A stretch of DNA of 64,000 bases, taken from Gordius albopunctatus (Eukaryota). This document shows, piece after piece, positions 1 to 12,400 of this stretch. The stretch spans positions 6,572,001 through 6,636,000 of the forward strand of contig OZ193909.1 in assembly GCA_964276515.1 (NCBI GenBank), read 5' to 3'. A program made the translations under genes and the position numbers. Under the pieces are notes generated by a model that ran no database searches, was not told the DNA's origin, and saw only the letters and a program-made list of their open reading frames with translations. Numbering within the stretch: position 1 is the stretch's first letter; every line of letters begins with the position of its first letter.

Positions 1-158
1 ATTTTTCTTAAATCTTTTTAAGGAAGTATATGTTGAAAAAAGCATTAACACTCGTTAAGAACATTGGTAAATATAGATTACGAAATATTAGAGCCAAATA
101 TAAGAAAGTATGTACGATCTAAAATGTATATTAATATTTAATTTGAAGGGTGTCTCAC

Positions 159-443
159 AGTTTCCACAGTTGGGATATTGTTGTCCGAAATGGATGGGTG
201 GTCGGTGGTGAGAGATAGCAAGTCTTGTGTTTCCATTTAATTGCCAGGTATGTCCTAATTGTCCTGAATAAGTTCCTTGGTGGCGTGATGATTCCACTTG
301 TTGAACGGCATAGTTGTGTGAATAGGGATTTTAACGAATAATTTGTGACGATTTATGGCAATTAAATGGAAACACAAGACTTGCTATCTCTCACCACCGA
401 CCACCCATCCATTTCGGACAACAATATCCCAACTGTGGAAACT
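159..443. repeat. Perfect 88-bp inverted repeat with 109-bp spacer
   Basis: 159-246 is the reverse complement of 356-443. Confidence 0.92.
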
Positions 444-549
444 ATGTAAAATATTTTTATAAATTTTTATAAATAGGTTTCTTGCTAAATAAAAAGGTAA
501 ATACAGTCATTCTAGATCAGGTAATACTAAAATTCAAGATTCATCGATA

Positions 550-1476
550 ATAACACTGGTCAACAATTAATGAACTTATTAAATCAACCGGCAAACTGTT
601 TGCAGATTCTGGCAGAGTTTTTTAACGTGAACACAAATATATTTTTATTTTTTCCCTTTTTTACGTCATGAAATATTTGATGTAAACGTTGCTAGAAAGG
701 GCCATTTTGGAGTTTTTTAAACGTCTTAATCGGTAAATTTTAATTTTAATTTTTTTATTTATAAATAGAGGGGAGAGGAGTCCATTAAAAAATTTCCCCT
801 AGCTCTATTAATTTTTGATTTATATTCAAAATTAACTTATCTCTATCTTTTCTTTTTACATTGACAAATTGCCCCAGACTTAATGTCACCCTCCCTTCCC
901 TTTAACACTAGGAATTAAGTCGTGTTGTTGTTTATCTACTACTAATAAAGACCTGCTCAGCCCGGTCGCGGGTCGGGCTTCTGCTTTAAATTAAAACAAC
1001 GGGCCGGGCCGGAATATAACCTAACGACCTCAGGCCGGGTCTAGATATAAGTAAGGCCCGCTAAAAGCCCGTCCTAAATGCATATTCGTTTACAGAATAT
1101 TTTACTCGCACACCTATTACTTTAAGCCTTATTTCTCTCACATATTTGCATAAGCGTAAAGGCATCTACAACAGTTTAGATTTTTATTTGTGTATTATAA
1201 AGTACAAACAAACAAAAGCTTGTTTTTATAATGTTCCATAATTAAATTTGATGTTTATTCCTATTTGTTTATCAATCAATCAAATTTATTAAATTAGAAA
1301 TTTACCGATTAATTTACAAGATATTGATGTTTAAAAACCCCAAAATCCCTATTTTAGCAACCCCAACAGCAAATATTTTAAAGTATAAGGAAAATTATAA
1401 AAAAAAATTCTTGTTCAGAAAAACCTATCAAAATCTGCAGTTTGCCTGTTTTATTCTTCTTGTTGAACCGTGTAAT
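550..1476. repeat. Older degenerate foldback element (arms ~550-750 and ~1290-1476)
   Basis: Imperfect inverted similarity, e.g. TTAATCGGTAAATTT vs AAATTTACCGATTAA and GGCAAACTG..TGCAGATT vs AATCTGCAGTTTGCC. Confidence 0.55.
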
Positions 1477-2072
1477 TAGTGATGATCAAACCCTAGGTCA
1501 GGTTTTCCCGAGGTCCAACCTCAGGTCGGTTTTAGGTTCGGGCGTTCTAAAACCTTACCAGGTTTTTGAACACCCGAACCTTAACCTGAGGTTGATCCCG
1601 AAAATCAACCTGAAAAACCTTCAGGTCAATTTTATCCCCAACCTGAAACCCAGGTTGACCTCAGGTTAACCTGATAAAAATCTCTTGTTATTTATAAACA
1701 TATAGATGGCGTCATCGATTAATATACATGTTTAACAATTAATTAAATTTTTATATAAAAAAAATCTTATTTTTTTTAAAATAATAACCAAAAACTATTT
1801 TTTCTTCATTTAAAATTGTAAATATTTAAAAATTTTGATGCATTTTGAAAAAGGAAAATAGTTAAAGTAAAATAAAAATTTATTCTTAAATTTATCGCAT
1901 AAAACAAGAGCTTTTTATCAGGTTAACCTGAGGTCAACCTGGGTTTCAGGTTGGGGTAAAATTGACCTGAAGGTTTTTCAGGTTGATTTTCGCGATCAGC
2001 CTCAAGGTTTTAGAACGCCCGAACCTGAACCTTCAGGTTGCCTGATCAAAACCTAGGTTTTGATCATCACTA
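1477..2072. mobile_element. hAT-type MITE with long inverted arms (AACCTGA repeats)
   Basis: TIR TAGTGATGATCAAA / TTTGATCATCACTA; TSD CGTGTAAT at 1469-1476 and 2073-2080. Confidence 0.93.
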
Positions 2073-2437
2073 CGTGTAATTTAATTATTTTGTTTGTAAA
2101 AAACTCAAAATAAATGTGTAGCAAAATTAATTTAATTAAATTTTGCTAAATTTATAAAAGTCTACAATCCTATATAAATTTAGGCATTGAAGATACGCGA
2201 GCTCAAACAACTATGAAATAAGTTGAAAATGTTAACTAAAAAACAAACAATTCCGTGGCTTGTTATGCAACAAAAATATTTTTTACAATGAGCTAAACTA
2301 TTTTCCGTCCTTTATGCCATTAATTATAAAAGTAAGAAACAAAGAACATGGCAATTAAGATTTTTTAACTCACTTATAAAAATATTTCAATATAAAGCCT
2401 CAAAAAAACTAAATTATAGCTGTTTTATCATGGATAG

Positions 2438-3865
2438 CAGGGGCGTACGCAGGATTTTTCTGCGGGGAGGGTTTTTAAATCAGAATCATATTAATTTTAC
2501 AATTTATTTAAATACAAACACTTTCACAAAAAATATTTATTATAAACGTCATATCATATAATTTTATAAAATAAATAGTAGGGAAAAAATTATTTGCGCG
2601 ATTTAGATAAAAATTCATTGATTATATCTTGAGTGTCTGGAATTAAATCCTATAAGCCTATATAAAATTAAGAGTTTGTAATAAAATGTATTTACCTCTC
2701 TTGCCCAGTTGTATTCCTTAAGTAAGTTTTAAGTCTTCTCAGCGTAGAAAAACTTCTTCCATTAGAACACGTTGTTACTGGGAGTGTTGCTAAAATCTGG
2801 TATAACACTCTTATATTTGGATATAGAAGCAGCTTGGAATTATAATCCCACAATGCTTTTAGTGCATTAAAAGGCAGGACTTCAGGGTTACAATCTTTAA
2901 AAGATTGATACCAGAGTTTAATCTCAGCCTCATAAATTTCTTGATTTCCATTCAAATCATCCCCATAAAAATTCGCTAAATGCAAAAAGTTCGCCAGTTT
3001 AACTTCAGATAGCTTTACAGGTGGTTGTAGTAGTAAAGAATGAAATCCCATGAGAATTTGTTTATTCTCAAGAAACCTTGTGTCCATTTCTACCAAAAAA
3101 GTGTCTAAGAATGCATTATACAGAGTTATTCTATAATAAGCCTCTGGGGTTTGTTGGACATTTCCTCTGGGAATCGAAATCTCAAAGTCATATTATTTTC
3201 CCATCAATGTGACATCTTTAAAAATCCTGGAAAACTCTATCTGAGAATTATTTCTAATTAATTTAATAGCTTCCACAACGTTTTCGGCCGCATTTATTGC
3301 CTGTGATAAGTCCAGGTTAACGCTTTGCAAATGAATGCTAAGATTTAAAGTATAAGCAACGATTTGCTTTAGTGTGTGTAATTATAACCAAAAATAGCCA
3401 GTTTTAAGTGCTGATACCAATAGCATGGCACCCGAAGAGGAATCATTGTCTGCCCATTCACTAATCTGCTCAAGGGTTGTGATGATTGAATCTCTTAATT
3501 CAAAAAAGATCTAACTATGATCATTTAAAAATCTTACCACTAGCAAATCCTTTTTCCACATGATTAACTTTTTTGACACAATATTTAAATATCGCGCCTT
3601 TTCTTTTATTCAAATTGATAGAGGAATTCATATGAAATGCATACGTTTTATAACCACAAGGAAAATTTAGGAAAAATATATTAACGCCTAAAAATACTTA
3701 ATGGTTGTTGAAAATAAGAGCTCTCCATAGTTAATTAAATAGCACTCATTTTATAATATTCACTATATAATGCTATATTAGAAAATAAAAAATATTTTTT
3801 CGAAATCCGCGGGGGGGGGGTTTGAAGTTGAACCCTAAAACCCCCCCCCCTTGCGTACGCCACTG
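2438..3865 (-). mobile_element. hAT element with deleted transposase (C-terminal remnant ~2690-3510)
   Basis: TIR CAGGGGCGTACGCA / TGCGTACGCCACTG; TSD ATGGATAG at 2430-2437 and 3866-3873; YPNIRVL..TLPVTTCSNGRSFSTLRRLKTYLR. Confidence 0.93.
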
Positions 3866-6800
3866 ATGGATAGCTACTATAATTGATCGAAATAGAAGGA
3901 GTTAGCATATGAGTGCTTTTTGATGTCGTGCTCTAATATTTGCTTCAAATACCATTTATAGATTAAATCATTTATTTACCGCGTCTAATATACGGGCTTG
4001 CTTCAATGTTTGTTCAGGGTTTCTTTAAAGTTGAAATATCATCCCCTCGATAGCCTAAAATACCCCATGATTGGATTTGAAGAAAAAATCCAAATTATTG
4101 ACATGTATAGGCAAATCTTAAATAATCTAATTTTTTCACCCATACCCCAAGTATCATTTGTTTAAAAAATTGGTTCATATTTAATTTATTATGATCATAG
4201 TTATAATTTAATAAACATCAGATATTTTAGCTAAATGAAATATATATTTAATAAATTGGTCATATGGACTGGTTTATAATCTTTATAATGAAATTTTAGC
4301 CATGTCTTGAATATACTTAGAGTTTCAATAAAAGATATAAAATTATATTTTTCGTTTTAAGGAACAAAATCAGAACGCAATGCCCTAATGAATTCAAACA
4401 ATATCAGCAAAAACCAAATTAATGAATACTTTTTTAAAGGTTGATGCTTATTTAATCATTCCAAAGTTCATAGACGTAGCAGCCAGGAGGGAGGGGGCAG
4501 CTGCCCCCTCTAAATCCAAAAATTTGTTGAAATTTATGCAAAATCATAGCTAAAATTTAAAAAATGTTCATTTTGCCCCTCCCTAAATCATTATTGCCCC
4601 CCTCTCTAATTTCAATGCTGGCTACGGCCATGATGCCAAAGAGTTGCGAATTCTATTGCTTTAGTGCACAATTAAATGAACCCAATTATATTCTTTAAAT
4701 TGCAATTTTTTAAAACATTAATTATAATACAATTATTTACTTGTTTGGAGAGGCGGGTATAATCCATCGGTCGGTATTGGGAATATTATGATTACACATC
4801 TAAATATGTGCGGAAGGTTTTCCCCTATTCATAGCGGTGGTGGTAGTAGCCAGCAGCCACATTACAACGATTCAAAGGATGGCGTGATGAGTAAGCAAAT
4901 ACATTTATATTTGGATTTGGTAAGAAGGCTAAATCATAAAACGAAAGCTCCACTTTTACACTCTCGTGTCGTCTATAAAATATAACTGACGACGATCGTT
5001 GTTTGTTGCTTTAACCTTAAATCAAGACTTTATGTTACTATTTCTTTTCTTACTACGAGGCAAATTTGATTATTTACCAACGAAGGCCGACCTCCCCTCT
5101 CTCCTTCCCTAAGGGGTGCCAATAATTGCTTTTTAAGATATGAGTATGTTCATTTGGGGGGGGGGTGCAAAACGTCAAATTTTTTAATTTTTATGGGTAT
5201 TTGCATTGGAAATTTTTTTTTCGCCATTTAGGGGAGTTGCCCCCCCCCGCCCCCTGCCTGACTACACCCATGCGTATGTTGTGCACATGAAACACGCATA
5301 ACAACATCCCCACAAACAGCGAGGGAATGTTGCGGTTGTTAATTTGAGCCAGCACAAAATGTTGAAAGCGGGGGGGGGGGGGGGTGGGGTACCAAAGGTG
5401 TAATAAATACAATAACAAACGGCTGTTTGTAATTTTTGTATCGACTGCAGATGGCATTAGGATTAGCCTGGGGGATACATTATTTGATTATTTGGGAGAA
5501 TATTTTAAGTTTTTATTTGCGATTATTTTAATTTAATTGCGGGCACTCCTGAAAGGGGTTGTTATTATCTCCTAAAGTATATCATTAACCTGCAATTTAT
5601 TTACTAATTTCTAACACAATTGATGTTAGTAAAAAATAAAATATTAATAATTATTTCATGGGCATAGGCAGGATTGGAATTAGAGGGCGGCAATAATGAT
5701 TTTTAGGGGGGGGGGGCAAATCAATAATTTTTCCTAATTTTAGCATAATGATATTAAATTTATATATTTGGAGGGAGTTAACCGCCCCTCCCTGCACCCT
5801 TGCCTACCCCCATGTTAATTATACCATACATACGAGTTTATTAAGTCAGTCTTAGGAAAAATTTTGTTTAACTCTTTTCATGAGAAAATTTTATTTAAAA
5901 TTTACAAAAAAATCCTATTTATTAAGACCTACCTTTAAAAACAAATATGAAGCATCTTCGAGAATCAAGGAGGGTTCTCGGTTCGGGTAACAAACATTCA
6001 TGTCATGAAATAATGTTTCGTGACATTTGACATATTTGATATGGTTTGGATTGATAACTGTTAACTTTAATAATAAAGCGGTTTACTCTAATTAGTATTC
6101 AAAATATGTACCAAAAAATAATAATATTCCTAAACTAACTAAATTATTATTTTAGCTTAAATATATATTTAAAATGTGGTATTTTTGATGTAATTTTTTT
6201 AGTTTTTGAACTTTCTATGCAATGAAAAGTTACAAAGACACGTGATTCCAAAGTAGAAAAAATCTAGTAAATTATAAGATGCAATTAGAAAATAAATATA
6301 CAATAAAAATATATCAATTAATTTAGAATTAAATATATCCATTTTGAGTACTTATATATTTTTTAAATATATATAATCTGTATTCCTTGAAATGAGGACA
6401 AGTTTGACTAAAAAGAAGTTCGTGTGGGCAGACATACATTTTTAATTTAATTAAGCTGGGCACTTGGAAATAGCCAGGGGGAGGCAGGCATAAGGAAGGA
6501 AAGCTGGCCACCCTTCAGTCCAGTAATTATTATAGTATTTAATAATATCGGGGCATACCCCGCTTTAAACATGACCAAACTTTTGCCCGCCCTCTCCTAG
6601 CTTGAATCATGGCAGCCTACAAATAGCTTTAACATTTTGTCATTAAGTCATGCCATTCCTAATATCATTTTATTTTTTGCTTGGTTACACAAAGAACTCA
6701 CCTGTAATCACACTATTACCCGAAACAAGTCGGGATTTAAGTTAGGGGGGAGGGCAGTTATCTGCCCCCAAAGTGTAGCTAAGATCTAGATTGTAAAATC

Positions 6801-7540
6801 TTTATCAAGTTTTTAAAACTTTTTTGATATAGGCGGTTGTGACCCAACCTCGACTACGCCCTTCATAATTATTGGCTTTAGGATCAATAAAAAAATAAGA
6901 TTGGACCGCTGGCATTAACCATAAACTTGAGAATAAATAATACACATGATGGTTTTCTTTTCAAAATTCTAACAGAATACCCCGCCCCTCCGAGCGAATT
7001 TGTATGACTTTATAAAAAATGATATTACGTTTGCAAAATTTATATTTTTTTACTTCCTCCCTTTATCAGTTAGCACGCAATAGTATAAAAATTAAAGATT
7101 AAGTTAATAGGTCTTTGAAACCTTTGTTTATGATTAAGTTAATTAGATGTAGACGATAGTCGTTTTATATCAATAACCGTAGAGATAATGTTAAAAAGTT
7201 AAATCCCAAAAACCTATGAATTTCAGTTAAATTGTTTTAAAACCATTAATTTTAGCGCCTATACTGGTAAAATAATATAATAATTTCGCTTTTTATGAAT
7301 ATGAATTTAAAGAGGATTTAAAATGTCGTCATTTGTTCCTGTAATAGTTGCAGCTTAATTTAACCAAGCTACCATGTTGATGCAATGTTATAATTATTAC
7401 TAATTTAAAAATAAAAGGTTCTATTTATTGACGTTTAGATAATTCAGACATAGCTCACCTTATTAAGCCACAATTAATATTGATGCACATGAGTTTTAAG
7501 CCTGATATATAAAGCTGGCATCATTTAGTAAGTATAATCA

Positions 7541-8186
7541 AAGTACATCCCTTACTTTAGGCGATTGGCAACTTACAAGCGTGGATTCCTTCAAATATTT
7601 AGGATCAACACTTCAATCGGATGGTGGAATGGATAAAGAAATCCAAGCAAGGATAAATTCCGGATGGCTCAAGTGGAGGGACTTGACAGGTGTTCTGTGT
7701 GACAAAAACATCCCGAACAGACTAAAAGGCGCGCTCTATAGATCCATCATACAGCCAACAGTCCTGTATAGCTCGGAATCATGGGCTATACGTAAAAGAA
7801 AGGAACAACGTCTTGCGGCCATGGAGATGAGAATGCTAAGATGGGTGCTAGGAGTAAGCAAAAAGGACCATAGGCGAAATGAAGAAATAAGAAGAATCTT
7901 GGGTACTACATCAATTGCGACAAAGCTCCTAACAAATAGACTAAGATTGTATGGCCATGTCGAAAGAAGGGACGATAGCTACGTAGGAAAGAAAATAGAG
8001 ATGATAAATTTCGCAGGAAAGCGAAGGAGTGGAAGACCCAAGCTTACCTGGATTCATAAAATACGGCATGATATGAAAGTCCACAAGATAAAGAAGGATC
8101 TATGTAAACATAGAAACAAATGGAAACGAATGCTGAAAGGACTGACCACCAGCCTAGGTGACAAGCAGTCATAGAGAGAAGAAGAA
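7541..8186 (+). mobile_element. 3' fragment of an RTE-clade LINE
   Basis: FKYLGS, ARINSGWLKWR, LYSSESW, EMRMLRW, RLRLYGHVERR, GRPKLTW; GAA tail at 8175-8186. Confidence 0.92.
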
Positions 8187-9470
8187 TGCGATGTGAAACG
8201 TTTTTTTAAATGTGATTTTAGTAATTAAAAATTGAAAAATAGAATCAAATTAGATTCTTTAAATTCTTTTTTAGAATCAAATTCTAATCTTCATTTTAAT
8301 AATATCAAAAAATATTCGATTCGTCGATCGATTCGGATTATCAAAAATATTCGATTTGATTCGAAATTTAGAGGCGTTATTATTATATTAAGTGGCCAGC
8401 GATTAAAACATTATTACATTAGATAGGATATTATAATGTTGCAAAAAGCTCATTTTAAGTCGAAAATATTTATATTATATAATAGTGGTAGGAATATAAA
8501 TACCAAGTTTATTACAAAACTATTTACATGCTCTAAAAACAAACTAATGCTTTCCTGTGTAAGCCTAAAAATTAAAATTTCAATTTTGCCTAAAAAATGA
8601 ATATTCAGTACACTTTATAATGTAGTGTAAATTAATTAATATCAAATTTTATGAAAATATTAATTTCCATTTAATTTTCTAAAAGTAAATCTCACAAAAT
8701 AATATGAATTAATTTTTTATATTTAAGATAACATAAACATATCGTCTCATCCAGAATTTCAAATTTTCTTCTAGATCTAGACTCGATTGACAAGGCCGAG
8801 AATTTTTTCTTATTTTCTGCTTTACTATAAGCGGATGATTATTTTATAGGCCTGAGTAGTAAGCAATTTTAAAGAAGATTATTAAAAGATGCAATATGAT
8901 GGATATATCAATCTCGACAAAACAATCGGGGCTCAGGTTAAGTTTACAAATGCTACGGGTTTTAAATCTTGATAAGTAATAATTTGTTTAGACAGTAACT
9001 CTATATCACAAGGTTTATTATTAAGAGTTAACATGACACCTGAAAATACCATAAGAATTAATCTTGTATCACCATTTAAAAAATGCCAAGTACTAGCCCT
9101 ATTCGCCTCGATTTTCAAGGTTTCACATGTATTAAATATTGCGCATTGTTGTAAGAAATTTCAAAATTAACAAATGATAATATTAAATTTTTAAAATTTC
9201 CTACTTAAGGGAATAGCAGCATAACATCAAAATGGGACCTCAATATCACAATGGATTTATGGCCTTTACCTATTTTTTTATATGGTACACTTTTTATTAA
9301 AAAATCTTAAATACAGGAATAATAGGAATTACAAATTATTTTGTGATATTAAAGTATAACTGGGATTAAATCATGGACTAAAGGTGATGGATTTTATGCT
9401 TTTAATTACAACGTGGTTATTTATTCATAGTTTTTCTACTATCAGGTGTATTTCATTCATGCATATAAAA

Positions 9471-12400
9471 ATGACGGATTTACTTCTCGGAGGTAAAAAT
9501 AATTTTTTAATGAAATCCTTGATAAACATTTATTATTCATTTTATTTATTTAAATATTTAATATCGATAACGGCATCAGAAAATTTAGCTTATTCTATTT
9601 ATAGTTAAGCAAAATACTGGTTTGAAATTTTTTCAAGGGCCTCCTTCTAACGCCTTTCTTAGCTGCAAAGAAGAGAAAATAGTGGATAATGTTGACATTC
9701 GAAAATTTTTTTACAGCAATGACGGACACCATTTCTGCATTATAGATTCAAAATGGTATCAATATTTTTTCAATGTCTCAATATATATCTATTTACTATG
9801 TATAACTTAAACATTAATATGTTATGTACTATCTAGTGTCTATCTTTGTCACTGTGAAGAATTAGTTATCAATAATAAGGTATTATCACACAAGGATGAT
9901 TATTCTGAAAATAAAATTACAAACATATTAAATATTGGAAATGTTAAAGATGCATCATTTTCACCCTTATCCACATATTTAATTACATGGCAAGACCCTG
10001 ATCCTAGTTATATATGATAAATTTTAAAATACTTAATAATTAAACTTGTTATTAATGATCATTTTTTATCTATATTTAGAATTTTCAAATCTTCAAATAT
10101 GGGATGTTAAAACAGGCAAATTTGTACATGGCTATAAAGTTAGCAAACAATATAGATGGTAATTTTTAATTATTAACTGTTATATAATTGATTGCTATGT
10201 TCTTATATGGACACAAGTTAGTCTATTCAGTCTTGTTAATTTATATATGGGTACTTAACCACAATTATTAAAAAATAATTATAAGTTAGGGATTTTTTCT
10301 GATATTTGACATTTTTAATATAGAGTTTTCTCTACCCTGGCTCTACCTTAGTTAATCTATTTGATGTTTGTATAAATAAATTTGTTCAGTTCATTATCTA
10401 CTAAAATTAAAACATTTTGATTATTTAAGTGTATTAATATTTTGTATTTAAAATACTTTAATCTGCTAAATATAACATCATATAATTTTACTCAGTCTCA
10501 TAAACTTAGTATCAGGTTTTCATACTATTTTTAAAATATATTGTGGCAACTTTAAGGTTTAACCACCTTAGTTTGGGATCAGGGTTTTTCATGGAATTAA
10601 ATGAAGTTAATTTATTATAAACAATATTTTGCAAAATTGTGAATAAGAAATTTTGAAACTAAAGAAATTGCAAAACATGACTGTTATTTTCTTACTCTAC
10701 AGGGAACTCCAATGGACGATTGATGAAAAACTTATGGCCCGCTTTGCCGATAATCACATTTGCTTTTACGAGACGCCCCACTTTGGTATTTGCTCTGTTA
10801 AATATTTTAGATTAAATATTATTAATTATTATAATGATTTATTTATAAAATGTTTGTCCAAATAAAAAAGTATTTTCTCAAGTTTTTGTGAGATGCTTTT
10901 TTGATTTTTTTAATAATAGATAAAATTGTGGCTAAAAGTCCAAGTGACCTCCCAATTACCACTTTCACTCTCTCACCACGGATGGCACAAACTTTTCTAG
11001 CCACATTTAGCCGTGGTTCTAAGGTATGCCAAGGAAATTACAAAATAATTCATTTGTCTTATGGCTGCTGTAGCATGTGTAATAAGGGATTTATCTTGTG
11101 CTTTGAAAATATTAAGACCTTAATTATGTACATCAGTTGCAAAACATTGCCTACATAAGTACCCTTTCTAATTTCATACTTCATTAGTCTTAGTGTAAAA
11201 ATAGGGACTCGTTTAGGAGGAACTTTACTTATAACTTTGTTATTTTGAAAGAATACCCATTTAATCTTGCTTGCTCATTATAATACTAACTTTAATATTT
11301 TCATTTGCTCTATATCTCCTTATGTATAAATCTATATTGGCTAAGACCCCAACTAATCAATGAAATGTCAATTACATTTTATCATAATTTCGGGAGCAAA
11401 AATTTGTCCCTGATTTTAAATATTTTATTATTTCACTATTTGATTCTTATATTTGAGTATGTGCGTGTATCAACAGGGTCAACCCTCTTTTGTACGCATC
11501 TTGCAATACCCTAGTCTAAGTGTGAATAGCTTACTTCCCAGCAAAAGTTCTTTCGCCGGCGACACAGTGCAATTCTATTGGAATTCCACTGGTATGCTTC
11601 GTATCCTATTTATCATTTTTTGCCATTAACATATTTGCAATTGCAATATGATTTTTATATGTACTTTATGTATTCTTAACTTTTTTATTTGTCATAATTT
11701 ACATTGTTTGAAATGGAAATGATATGACGATGTGATCTCTTTTATAATTAAAACAACATAATAGCTTATCCTAAAAAGCATATATTTTACCCGAGGGCGT
11801 GGGCATCGCCTACTATTTGCATATGGGCACAGTCGGCCCTTTATGTACTATTTCATATGGGGTTTCTTACTAAAAGTATATTCTAGTTAATAATGGTATC
11901 AACAATTTTTAAACAAATATAAAATTCTTAAAAATATTTGATTCTCTATACTACACAATTTTTGAGCGGGAAAGTCTTATTAAAAGTTTAATATGCTATA
12001 AAACAGGAAAAAATTAAAAGTTTAATATGGTTGAAATAGAGATAATAATTATTCTATTTGGGGTGTTTAAATGCTTTGCCAAATAATTTTAAATTTTATA
12101 ACCAATTAACTCAATATTCGAATCTCTCTCTCTTTTAGATTCATCTGCCCCATGTTTGAATGTTGATGGACCTAGATTAGTTATGTTAAGGGGTGCCAAA
12201 ACGAACTAGCTTATATTTTTTGTTATTTTGATCACAATTGATTTATAGTATTCTCTTTTAATAAAAACTAGCGAAATCCACAAATAACCAAGAAATTATT
12301 TCCTTTACAATTACACGGTTTTTTAAAGAAAAATGGCCATTTTTGTATTCACGATGATTTTATGGGATAGCAGGCAAATATAAATTTCTAACGATTGGAA

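Noticed and set aside
8740..9270. Coding-like stretch upstream of eIF2A (61-aa ORF 8933-9118)
   Set aside because: Stops in all frames, no recognisable motif and no consistent splice model.
11601..11610. GTATCCT as a second U12 donor in eIF2A
   Set aside because: The upstream GTATGC donor at 11592 already gives the correct phase and alignment, and no matching branch point was found.
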